A stretch of 16,719 nucleotides of DNA, taken from assembly GCA_036351155.1 (NCBI GenBank), contig JAZBOO010000147.1, positions 1-16,719 on the forward strand, given 5' to 3'. Source of the DNA: Candidatus Krumholzibacteriia bacterium (lineage in GTDB: Bacteria > Krumholzibacteriota > Krumholzibacteriia > LZORAL124-64-63). The position numbers and the translations under genes were made by a program. A model generated the notes under the pieces. That model was not told where the DNA came from. It was given only the letters and a program-made list of their open reading frames with translations, and made no database searches. Shown here in pieces: positions 7,730 to 15,932 of this stretch (position 1 is its first letter; each line of letters opens with the position of its first letter).

Positions 7730-8331
7730 TGGTTCTCCTCTTCCACGGCGAAAAACCGGGCCAGGTCGCGGCGGACCTTGGCCATATCTTCCTCGGTGGC
7801 CTGGCGGTGCAGCGACAGCAACGCCCCCTGCTCGAAGGTGACACGGGACCATGGATAGGGCACCACCGTGCGATCCCACGAGGCCAGGATCCGGGCTCGA
7901 GAAGGCCGGGCCACCAGAGGCACGATGGCGGCCCCGGACAACCGGGCCAGCTGCAGTACGCCATCATGAATACGGCCGAAAGGGCCCTTGGGCCCATCAA
8001 CGGCAATGCCCACGTTCTGCCCCGCCTCCAGGTGCCGCATCAGCCCCACGAAGGCGCGACCGCCGTCTTCCCCGGTGGCTCCCCGCACATAGCCGTAATG
8101 GCGGGACCCCAGGGTGCGCACCAGGATGTCGCCATCGCCACTGTGGCTGACCAGCAGAACCGGGCGGGCGGGTTTCACATGCATGATGGTCGGAAGAATA
8201 TCTCGGTGCAGGCAGGAAAAAATATAGGGCCCACCGGAGAGAAAAGATGGCGACAGGCCCTCCATCTTCAGGGACCCCGCCAGCAGACGCCATGCCACCG
8301 GCGCCAGGGTCATTTTCAAACCCTGTACCAT
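7726..8331 (-). CDS. DUF374 / lysophospholipid acyltransferase family protein, probable LpxJ-type lipid A late acyltransferase
   Basis: Motifs LH, LVSHSGDGD, VRGATGEDGG, AVDGPKGP and LARLSGAAIVP are typical of DUF374; located between lpxB (1 nt gap) and lpxK (4 nt overlap). Confidence 0.8.
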   Translation of the reverse strand: MVQGLKMTLAPVAWRLLAGSLKMEGLSPSFLSGGPYIFSCLHRDILPTIMHVKPARPVLLVSHSGDGDILVRTLGSRHYGYVRGATGEDGGRAFVGLMRHLEAGQNVGIAVDGPKGPFGRIHDGVLQLARLSGAAIVPLVARPSRARILASWDRTVVPYPWSRVTFEQGALLSLHRQATEEDMAKVRRDLARFFAVEEENQ

Positions 8332-8332
8332 G

Positions 8333-9517
8333 TCAGCTCCGCGGGTCGTCGGAGGGAGAACCTGTTTCCAGGAAGGTCAGGATGTCGCGGGCGGTCCGCT
8401 CCCACACACCGGGTTTGCCGCACAGCTGGCGCAGCCTGCGCGCATCGGCGTAAAAGGCCTGTCGCTCCGAGGGGCGGCCGACCCACCGCAGCAGATTGCG
8501 CGCCAGCGGCAGGGGCGCCACCTGCTCTTGCAGATGTTCCCGCACCATCCGCCTCTGCAGGATCAGATTGCTCAGGCCCACGAAGGGGGTCCGCAGCAAA
8601 CGTTTCCCGATCCAGGAATTGAGGGCACCCGTCCGATAGACCAGTTCATGAGGCACACCGGCCAGAGCCGCTTCCAGACTGGCGGTTCCACTGCAAACCA
8701 GAGCCAGGTCGCACCGCGGAAAAAGTTGACTCAGGGGTTCCTGGGTGATCTCGGTTCCATTGTCGAACTGTTCGTTCAACCGCAAGGGGTCCACCCCCGG
8801 CGCGGCGCTCAGAATGAAACGCACTTCCCGGTTCTCGAAATGTCCCACCAGAGCCTGAGAAGTGACCTTGAGGATGGGCAAAAGTTCCTTGAGTTCCTGT
8901 CGCCGACTCCCGGGAATGATGCCCACCACCAGAGGGTCTTGTCGGGAGTGGAAAAGCTTCTCGCGACGGTCCAGGGAATCCTCGAAGGGAAAGCTCCCCA
9001 TGTAGTCCTCGCTGAGAGGATGCCCCATGGGAAAGACATCGAAACCGCGCTGGCGAAAGAACTCCTCCTCGAAGGGCAAGATGGTCCCCAGCCTCTGGAT
9101 CTTCTTGCGGTACCCGCCCGTCCGCCAGCCACCCCAGGCCCAGACCTGCGGGGCAATCAGCCAGTACACCGGCAAGCCCAGCTGCTGGGCCTTGCCCGCC
9201 AGCTGTCCGTTGAAACCGGGAAAGTCGATGGGGATCACCAGGTCGGGTTTTTCGTCGGAGAGAAACCGGAAAAGTTTTTGCCGGGCACGGAGAACCGCAG
9301 GGAGAGCGGAGACCACCTCCGCGAATCCCATGACGGCCAGTTCCTCGGAGTCGCATACGATCCGGGCGCCGGCCGCGGCCATGGCCCGGCCGCCCAGTGC
9401 TGAAATCCTGATATCGGGTTCCAATGACCGAAGAGCGGCCATCAAGGCCGCTCCGTAACGGTCTCCGCTGGCTTCCCCGCAGGAGATGAAAACGTGGCGA
9501 GGTTCTCGGGGTTTCAA
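8333..9517 (-). CDS. lpxB: Lipid-A-disaccharide synthase
   Basis: GEASGD, LAVMGFAEV, IDFPGFN, APQVWAW, ILPFE, GHPL, PGSRRQE, SGTASLE and GLSNLI motifs; TTG start with purine-rich GGAAGGA upstream. Confidence 0.95.
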   Translation of the reverse strand: MKPREPRHVFISCGEASGDRYGAALMAALRSLEPDIRISALGGRAMAAAGARIVCDSEELAVMGFAEVVSALPAVLRARQKLFRFLSDEKPDLVIPIDFPGFNGQLAGKAQQLGLPVYWLIAPQVWAWGGWRTGGYRKKIQRLGTILPFEEEFFRQRGFDVFPMGHPLSEDYMGSFPFEDSLDRREKLFHSRQDPLVVGIIPGSRRQELKELLPILKVTSQALVGHFENREVRFILSAAPGVDPLRLNEQFDNGTEITQEPLSQLFPRCDLALVCSGTASLEAALAGVPHELVYRTGALNSWIGKRLLRTPFVGLSNLILQRRMVREHLQEQVAPLPLARNLLRWVGRPSERQAFYADARRLRQLCGKPGVWERTARDILTFLETGSPSDDPRS

Positions 9518-9546
9518 CGTCTATCCTTCCCTGTCCTGGAATCTCC

Positions 9547-10368
9547 TCAGCGCACGATGCCGCGGTCGGATCGGCGAATGAAGGCCATCAGTTCCTCGAC
9601 GGGAGGGGTCAGTTTACAGTCGGTGGCGATGCGATCCAGACCCTGGGTCACGTTGAGTCCCGAGCGATACAGGAATCGATAGGCCTTGCGCAGGTTCATC
9701 ACTTCCGCATCGGAGAACCCGTTGCGCTTCAGCCCGATGCTGTTGATTCCGGCCACCTCGACGGGATTCCCGGCCACCTTGATGAACGGAGGGACATCCT
9801 GAGGCAGTCGGCTGCCGCCCCCCACGAAGGCGTAGGCCCCCACCCGACAGAACTGGTGCACGGGCGTCATACCGCCAATGGTGGCGTGGCTTTCCACTTC
9901 CACATGGCCCGCCAGGTTCACGGCATTGGCGATCACGCAGTTGTCGTGAATGTGACAGTTGTGGGCGATGTGCACGTAGGCCATCAGCAGGTTGTTGCTG
10001 CCCACCCTGGTCTGCTCGCCGTCACCGGTGGCCAGGTGAATGGTCACATACTCCCGGATGTCGTTGTTGTCGCCGATCTCCAGGTAGGTGGGTTCGCCCC
10101 CGAATTTCTTGTCCTGGGGCTCACAGCCGATGGCTGCTCCGTGGAAGAACCGGTTGTTGCGCCCGATGACGGTGTTGCCCTCGATGAGAACCGAGCTGCC
10201 CACCACGCAATCAGGCCCCAGTTCCACGTTTGGGCCGATCACCGAATGTGGTCCGATCTTCACGTTATGTCCCAGCTTGGCCGAGGGATCGACCACGGCG
10301 GTGGGGTGGATTTCGGCGGCACGCACGGGGCGCGGTCCAGCACCTTGATTCATTCCGATGGGTTCCAA
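9547..10368 (-). CDS. lpxA: Acyl-ACP--UDP-N-acetylglucosamine O-acyltransferase
   Basis: Hexapeptide repeats (IHPTAVV...), GCEPQDKKF, IREYVTIH, catalytic VHIAHNC, VHQFCRVG, QDVPPF, GINSIGLKRNGF. Start placed at TTG 10368, 6 nt after AGGAGG; ATG 10353 is an alternative. Confidence 0.95.
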   Translation of the reverse strand: MEPIGMNQGAGPRPVRAAEIHPTAVVDPSAKLGHNVKIGPHSVIGPNVELGPDCVVGSSVLIEGNTVIGRNNRFFHGAAIGCEPQDKKFGGEPTYLEIGDNNDIREYVTIHLATGDGEQTRVGSNNLLMAYVHIAHNCHIHDNCVIANAVNLAGHVEVESHATIGGMTPVHQFCRVGAYAFVGGGSRLPQDVPPFIKVAGNPVEVAGINSIGLKRNGFSDAEVMNLRKAYRFLYRSGLNVTQGLDRIATDCKLTPPVEELMAFIRRSDRGIVR

Positions 10369-10393
10369 GTCTTTCCTCCTGTTGGGCGGCTGA

Positions 10394-11707
10394 TCAACTA
10401 TCAACCACGGTCGACATCAAATTGGCTTCAGCGACCTTGGTATCGCCGACCCAGGCGGTGCCCTTCATCTTGCAGATGGGACCACGCAGTTTCACGAGTT
10501 CAAGTTCAAACCGCAACTGGTCGCCGGGTGTCACCGGCTGACGAAAGCGGGCTTCATCGATTCCACTGAAATACACGAGCTTGCCCCGGGAGTCCTCCAC
10601 GCTGCTCAGCAGCAAGACACCTCCGACCTGGGCCATGGCCTCGATGATCAGCACCGCGGGCATGATCGGATGACCAGGGAAATGCCCCTGGAAAAACGGC
10701 TCGTTGATGGTGACGTTCTTCAGACCCGTCACCGTTTTGCCGGGCTGGAGATCGATGATCCGATCGACCAGCAAAAAAGGATAGCGATGGGGCATGATCT
10801 CCATGATGGAGGCGATGTCCCAGTTTTGAGGCTCCCGGGCGGGATAAATGCGGGGCATTTTCCGCTCGGCCTTGGCCAGCAACCGGGTAAACGCCACGTT
10901 GGAGGCGTGCCCCGAGAGTCGGGCGGTGATGTGCCCCTGGATGGGCATGCCCAGCAAGGCCAGGTCCCCGATCAGGTCCAGGATCTTGTGACGGACCACC
11001 TCATAGGGAAAGCGCAGCTGGCCGTCGCCCTGAATCACACCCTCGTCAAAGACCAGGGCATTTTCCAGGCTTCCGCCCTGGGCCAGCCCCATTTCCTGCA
11101 TCTTGGCCACATCCCGCATCAGGGCGAAGGTGCGGGCCGGAGCAATCTCTTCCCGGTAGATCCAGGGCCTCACCACGAAGGTGGCCACCTGCTGCCCAAT
11201 ACCTGGGTCGTCGTACTCGACGTGGAAGGTCACCAGGAAATCGTCAGCCGGTTCGGCGGCAAGTTCGATATCGCCTTCCCGGTACATGACCGGACGATTG
11301 ATCTTGTAGTATACCGAGGGCAGGCCTTGATCCTGGATGCCCGCCTCGTCAATCATTTCCACGTAGCTGAGGGCACTCCCACAGGCGGGAACAGGGGGCT
11401 CCCCACCTTCCAGCTTGATGCGGCAGTTGGTGATCCCCAGGCCGGACAGAGCGGAAAGGACGTGTTCCACGGTATGAATACGGACCTCACCCTTGACCAG
11501 GGTGGTGGCCCGGATCAGGTCGGCCGCCGGAGCCACATTTTCCACCAATGCGTCGATTTCCACCGGCCCATCAGGACCGGGCACCTCGAACACCAGGCCG
11601 GTGTTGGGTCCAGCCGGAGCAAAGGTCATACGGGCGGGCTGTCCCGAATGCAGGCCAATTCCCTCGCAGGACACTTCCTTCGCCACGGTTTTCTGCAGCC
11701 AGAGCAC
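10394..11707 (-). CDS. lpxC/fabZ: Bifunctional UDP-3-O-acyl-GlcNAc deacetylase LpxC / 3-hydroxyacyl-ACP dehydratase FabZ
   Basis: N-terminal LpxC motifs GIGLHSG, TVEHVLSAL, EIAPARTF, GLAQGGSLENA, HKILDLIGDL and SGH; C-terminal FabZ motifs PHRYPFLLVDRI, EPFFQGHFPGHPIMP.VLIIEAMAQ and FRQPVTPGDQL, all in one frame; GTG start. Confidence 0.95.
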   Translation of the reverse strand: MLWLQKTVAKEVSCEGIGLHSGQPARMTFAPAGPNTGLVFEVPGPDGPVEIDALVENVAPAADLIRATTLVKGEVRIHTVEHVLSALSGLGITNCRIKLEGGEPPVPACGSALSYVEMIDEAGIQDQGLPSVYYKINRPVMYREGDIELAAEPADDFLVTFHVEYDDPGIGQQVATFVVRPWIYREEIAPARTFALMRDVAKMQEMGLAQGGSLENALVFDEGVIQGDGQLRFPYEVVRHKILDLIGDLALLGMPIQGHITARLSGHASNVAFTRLLAKAERKMPRIYPAREPQNWDIASIMEIMPHRYPFLLVDRIIDLQPGKTVTGLKNVTINEPFFQGHFPGHPIMPAVLIIEAMAQVGGVLLLSSVEDSRGKLVYFSGIDEARFRQPVTPGDQLRFELELVKLRGPICKMKGTAWVGDTKVAEANLMSTVVDS

Positions 11708-11719
11708 GCCTCGTTCTCC

Positions 11720-12748
11720 TTAGTCCTCTTGGCCTTGACGACCGGATTTCTCCAGCCGGGCCACGCGTTTGATCAATTCAGGCAACTTCCTGAGGGCGGC
11801 AGTGAGCCGGAAACTCTCCTGGAAATCCAGGGCCGGGTACCCGAAAACCGCTTTGCCCGCCGGGACATCACGGAAAACGCCCGAGCCGCCGGCCACCTTG
11901 GCGCCACGGCCGACGTGAAGATGGTCCCCCACACCCACCTGACCGCCCAGGGTGACCCCGTCCTCCAGGGTGCAACTTCCGGCAATCCCCGACTGGGCAC
12001 TCATGGCGCAGGCCTTGCCGATCAGGACATTGTGCCCGATCTGGACCAGGTTGTCGATCTTGGTCCCGGCACCCACCAGGGTCTGCCCCGTGGTGGCACG
12101 ATCAATGCACACGCCGGCACCCACCTCCACATCGTCTTCCAGGACCACCACCCCCACCTGGGGCACCTTGTGGGGGCCAACCGGGGTGGGGACATAGCCA
12201 AAGCCATCGGTGCCCAGGGCGCACCCCACATGCAGGATCACCCGATCGCCTATCTGCGTGCCGTCCCGGACAGTCACCTGAGGGTAAACCAGACAATCAC
12301 CGCCCAGGACCACGTCGGGTCCCAGGCTGACATGAGAGCCCAGCCGGGTCCCAGCTCCGATCCGCGTTCCGGCGCCCACGACGCAAAACGGCCCGATGGC
12401 CAGCGCGCCGCTGACGTCAGCCGAAGGATCGATGACTGCCGTGGGATGCACTCCTCGCGGGAAGACACGATCCAGATCCGTCTGGAAGCGCTCCAGGAAG
12501 CGGCCAAAGGCGTGGAAGGGTTGCTCTACCCGCACGGCCGGCAAATCGGTGTCCATGCCCGGGCCAATCAAAACAGCCGAGGCCCGGCACTCTTTCAACT
12601 TCGGCAGGTACTGGGTCTTCGCCACGAAGGTCAAATCACCCGGGCCGGCGTCCTCGATGCTGGCCGCCCCCTCGATGATCGGGTCCTGGTCTCCTACCAG
12701 TTCCCCCCCCAGTTCCTGGGCTATCATACTCAAATTCAGGGCGCGCAT
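11720..12748 (-). CDS. lpxD: UDP-3-O-acylglucosamine N-acyltransferase
   Basis: N-terminal ASIEDAGPGDLTFV domain, hexapeptide repeats, GTDGFGY, IDRAT, TKIDNLVQIGHNV. Start moved to ATG 12748 (GGGGAG SD); 342 aa. Confidence 0.95.
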   Translation of the reverse strand: MRALNLSMIAQELGGELVGDQDPIIEGAASIEDAGPGDLTFVAKTQYLPKLKECRASAVLIGPGMDTDLPAVRVEQPFHAFGRFLERFQTDLDRVFPRGVHPTAVIDPSADVSGALAIGPFCVVGAGTRIGAGTRLGSHVSLGPDVVLGGDCLVYPQVTVRDGTQIGDRVILHVGCALGTDGFGYVPTPVGPHKVPQVGVVVLEDDVEVGAGVCIDRATTGQTLVGAGTKIDNLVQIGHNVLIGKACAMSAQSGIAGSCTLEDGVTLGGQVGVGDHLHVGRGAKVAGGSGVFRDVPAGKAVFGYPALDFQESFRLTAALRKLPELIKRVARLEKSGRQGQED

Positions 12749-12772
12749 GGGGACTCCCCGTCTAAAGCAACC

Positions 12773-12798
12773 GCCCCCCATCTTCCTTGATGGGGGGC
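12773..12798 (-). terminator. Strong stem-loop between skp and lpxD (possible weak terminator/attenuator or mRNA-stabilising hairpin)
   Basis: Perfect 10-bp inverted repeat GCCCCCCATC / GATGGGGGGC with a 6-nt loop; on the minus strand it is followed only by GGTTGCTTT, a poor U-tract. Confidence 0.5.
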
Positions 12799-12867
12799 TA
12801 AAACGCGATCGCTGAATCATTTGTAAATTTCACCCGCCTGATTCAGCCTGTCAACAAAAAAGCAGGA

Positions 12868-13410
12868 CTAATCTTCTCCACGGGCCAGGGCGGCGAGCAC
12901 GTCGTTGGTCAGGTCGAAATCATCATCCTGGAACATGACCGAAAGGGTGGACGAGTCCACGATCAGACCGAAACCCTTTTCCTTCCCGATCCTTTCGACA
13001 ATGGTTTTCACCTGGTCGAGGATGGGCGTGATCTTGGCCTTGTATTCGTTTTCGGCGCGCTGGTCGATGCTCTCGCGGAACTGGAAGTACTCGGCCCGCT
13101 GCTGCTCGAAGGATTGCATCTTGGTGGCCAGGGCATCCTGACCCAGCAGGAGTTTCTGGCTTTCAATCTCTTCCATCAGGGAGGTCAGGACCTTTTCCTT
13201 CTCGGCCACTTCGAGCTCGAGTTCCTGCAGAAATTTCTGGTACTGCTCGTAGGCGTCACGGGCGGCTTCATATTCTTCCATGATCCGCTGTCCATCCACC
13301 AGACCCAGTGGCTTGTCTGCCGCCAGGGCCGCACCGGGAGTGACCATGCCGGCCAAAAGAGTCAGGGCCAGGGTGAGCGTAAGTGCCCTGAAAATATTGC
13401 CGTTCAACAT
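12868..13410 (-). CDS. skp: OmpH/Skp family periplasmic chaperone
   Basis: Signal peptide ending ALA-A; LGLVDGQRIM start; long coiled-coil; GFGLIVD; C-terminal DLTNDVL; GGAGG SD; canonical position between bamA and lpxD. Confidence 0.9.
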   Translation of the reverse strand: MLNGNIFRALTLTLALTLLAGMVTPGAALAADKPLGLVDGQRIMEEYEAARDAYEQYQKFLQELELEVAEKEKVLTSLMEEIESQKLLLGQDALATKMQSFEQQRAEYFQFRESIDQRAENEYKAKITPILDQVKTIVERIGKEKGFGLIVDSSTLSVMFQDDDFDLTNDVLAALARGED

Positions 13411-13475
13411 CTTATCCTCCGGCTCATGCGAGCCAGTTACCGGTCAGACCTTCGTGCCCTCTTGTCCTTGAGGGT

Positions 13476-15848
13476 TTAGAAGAAGCTGCCCATGGTGAAG
13501 TGGGGTTCCCAGGACGGGCCTCCCACACGGTCGAATCCATATCCATAGTCAAAGCCGATGGTTCCCATCATGGGCACCTCGACCCGCAGACCGAACCCGG
13601 CGCCCTTGCGCAGGTGAGCCATGTCGGCCTCGGAGAAACTATTCCAGACATCGCCCATGTCCAGGAAAGAGAGCAACTGGACGGCGTTGGTCAAGGGGTA
13701 CAACACCTCGGTGTTGATGATGGTGAAAAAACGGCCGCCGATGAAGCTGGGGTTGCCCCTCGGCACGACCTCCAGGTCCTTGTACCCACGCAGGGGGTAA
13801 CGGCGGTTGCCGCCCAGACGATAGCGCTCCCAGTCCGGAACATCGTCGGCGCCTTCAAGGCCGTGCAGCATCCCGAAGAAGCCGCGGACATGCAGGGCAA
13901 ATCCTGACGGCAGCTTCTGGTAATAGCTATGCGAGAGCATGTGCTCCTGGAAGTCGATTTCCCCTCCCAGCGGGCCCCCGGCGAACTCGATACTGTAACT
14001 CGTTTTGGACCCACTGGTGGGGAAGAACGGGTTGTCAGTGCTGTTGCGGTTCACGCTCAGGCGCAAACTGCTCTTGGTCTGGGGCCACAGGCCAGGATCG
14101 TCCAGACGATTGAAGGGCAGGTCGCTGGTGCCCAGTGATTGCTCCAGGTCATCCAGGTAGGCCGAATAGCTGGGGCTGAAATTCGACAGCTTGGTTTCCG
14201 AAAGCTCGTAACGCAGGCCCACCCGGCTGTAGCGCGTGCCGGGAATCCGCCGTCCCAGGCGCACGCTGAAACCCCGCACCCGGCTCTCGTAGAAATCATC
14301 GTAGTTGTACTGGTAGCGGTCGAAGATATCGGCGCCGATCAGGGTGGGCGTACCACGGAACCAGGGTTCGGTGAAGCTGAGGTCCACGTACCGGCGGCGA
14401 GAACCGAACTGCCAGGTCACCCCGATGTTCTGTCCCTTGCCCCGGAAGTTCGTCTCCTGGACCTGGATAAAGCCGCTGGCGGAGGTCTCGGCGCTGTAGG
14501 CCATACCGAACATGAACTGACCGGTCTGCTTCTCCTTGACCTGGAGAATCATGTCCACATCGCCACCTTCAACTGGGCGAATATCCGGGACGATGTCCTC
14601 GAAAAACCCGGTCTGGAAAATGTCCCGGATGGTGGCCTGAATGCGGGTGTTGCTGAACTTCTCACCGGGGAAAATCCGCATCTCCCGCAGGATGACGTTG
14701 TCGTAGGTTTTCACGTTCCCCGAGATCTGCACATCGTGCAGGTGGGCCGGTTGCCCCTCGATGAAGGTGAAGTCCACGTTCACCACGTGGTCCACGATGT
14801 CGCGTGCCGGCTCCACGGTGATGTAGATGTAGCCGCGGTCGGCGTAGATCTGCTGCAGGTTGTCCAGGGTTTCCAGGTACTCGTCTTCCTTGAACACCCC
14901 GCCCTTTTCCATCCAGATCACGTTGGCGATGGCCAGGTCGTCAAAAACCGTGTTTCCGGTCCAGTTCACGTCCCCGATAAAGTACCGTTCACCCTCGTCC
15001 AGGGTGATCACGATGTTCATCTCATCCGGAGGAGTGTCAGGATCGGTCTCTTCCTCTCCTCCATCTTCTCCCGGCGCTCCCTGGTCCTTACCCTTCTTGC
15101 CCAGGTTCAGATCGACATCCACAACGGCCGCATCGAGGAAACCCTGGTTGCGGCAGTAGGTGATGATCCGCTCGCGGTCCTCCTCGAACTGGGTCTTCTT
15201 GAAGGTGCCGCTGCGCAAAAAACCGGTGGTCCCCTGCTCCATGGCGTCACGCAATCCTCCAGCCGACAGGGTCTTGTTCCCCTTGAAGCTGATGGACTTG
15301 ACCTTCACCTTCTTGCCCTCGGTGATGGTCACGACGAGGTCTTCCATGTTGTTGGCGTCGACCCGGGTGCTGTCGGTATGCATGGCCACGTTGAAATAGC
15401 CCTTGTCGTAGTACAGCTCGCGCAAGGGCTGAAGATCGCGATTGATAGCCGCCGGGTTGGCAAACTGCCCCACGTGCACCGGAAAAGCGGCCCGCAGATC
15501 CTTGTCCTTGACCTTTTCCTGGCCCCGGAAATTGATGCTGCGAATTCGAGGAAATTCGGTCAGATTGATGGTCAGCTTGATTCCGGCACCGGATTTCTGC
15601 TGGTACAGATAGACGTCCGAAAATTTCTTGGTGCTGAACAGATTCCGGATTCCCTGGGCTGCGAGGTCACGGGTCAGGAGCTTGCCCTCATCGAAGCCAC
15701 TCCAGGCTTTGACTTGCCGTGAACCCACCGTCAACGCACCGACCACTTCGATTTCCTCGATGGTCGGAGCGCTGGATTCCTGGGCCAACACGGGGATCCC
15801 CATCACGAGGAGAACCATGGCCAGCCAGATGTGCACAATCCGTTGCAT
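13476..15848 (-). CDS. bamA: Outer membrane protein assembly factor BamA (Omp85)
   Basis: Signal peptide MQRIVHIWLAMVLLVMGIPVLA; POTRA repeats (IRSINFRG, ISFKGN, ISGNVKTYDNVILRE); ETNFRGKGQ, SFTEPWF, FFPTSG, loop-6 LRGY, GFGLRV..PMG; C-terminal Phe. ATG 15848 preferred over TTG 15887. Confidence 0.95.
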   Translation of the reverse strand: MQRIVHIWLAMVLLVMGIPVLAQESSAPTIEEIEVVGALTVGSRQVKAWSGFDEGKLLTRDLAAQGIRNLFSTKKFSDVYLYQQKSGAGIKLTINLTEFPRIRSINFRGQEKVKDKDLRAAFPVHVGQFANPAAINRDLQPLRELYYDKGYFNVAMHTDSTRVDANNMEDLVVTITEGKKVKVKSISFKGNKTLSAGGLRDAMEQGTTGFLRSGTFKKTQFEEDRERIITYCRNQGFLDAAVVDVDLNLGKKGKDQGAPGEDGGEEETDPDTPPDEMNIVITLDEGERYFIGDVNWTGNTVFDDLAIANVIWMEKGGVFKEDEYLETLDNLQQIYADRGYIYITVEPARDIVDHVVNVDFTFIEGQPAHLHDVQISGNVKTYDNVILREMRIFPGEKFSNTRIQATIRDIFQTGFFEDIVPDIRPVEGGDVDMILQVKEKQTGQFMFGMAYSAETSASGFIQVQETNFRGKGQNIGVTWQFGSRRRYVDLSFTEPWFRGTPTLIGADIFDRYQYNYDDFYESRVRGFSVRLGRRIPGTRYSRVGLRYELSETKLSNFSPSYSAYLDDLEQSLGTSDLPFNRLDDPGLWPQTKSSLRLSVNRNSTDNPFFPTSGSKTSYSIEFAGGPLGGEIDFQEHMLSHSYYQKLPSGFALHVRGFFGMLHGLEGADDVPDWERYRLGGNRRYPLRGYKDLEVVPRGNPSFIGGRFFTIINTEVLYPLTNAVQLLSFLDMGDVWNSFSEADMAHLRKGAGFGLRVEVPMMGTIGFDYGYGFDRVGGPSWEPHFTMGSFF

Positions 15849-15899
15849 TGTTGGAAAGGGTCTCCCCTGATCGGGTACGTGTTTCAAAGAAACCGCGGC

Positions 15900-15928
15900 A
15901 TCCTAGCATCCATGCTGGTCCGCGGCAA
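15900..15928 (-). promoter_or_regulatory. Putative sigma70 promoter for the bamA operon
   Basis: Minus strand TTGCCG (15928-15923), 17-nt spacer, TAGGAT (15905-15900), with an extended -10 TG; would start about 45 nt upstream of ATG 15848. Confidence 0.55.
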
Positions 15929-15932
15929 GGAG

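Noticed and set aside
7730..7879. N-terminal extension of lpxK (likewise bshC 3392-3490 and lpxD 12749-12820)
   Set aside because: These overlap upstream genes or structured spacer; better starts with SD sequences and/or stop-start overlaps lie downstream.
10670..12790. 706-aa plus-strand ORF
   Set aside because: Antisense shadow of lpxD and lpxC-fabZ; no recognisable motifs; long stop-free antisense frames are expected with high-GC codon bias.
12805..12812. GCGATCGC (HIP1-like octamer)
   Set aside because: Only one occurrence noticed; expected by chance in GC-rich DNA.
14139..15722. 527-aa plus-strand ORF
   Set aside because: Antisense to bamA; shadow ORF with no family features.
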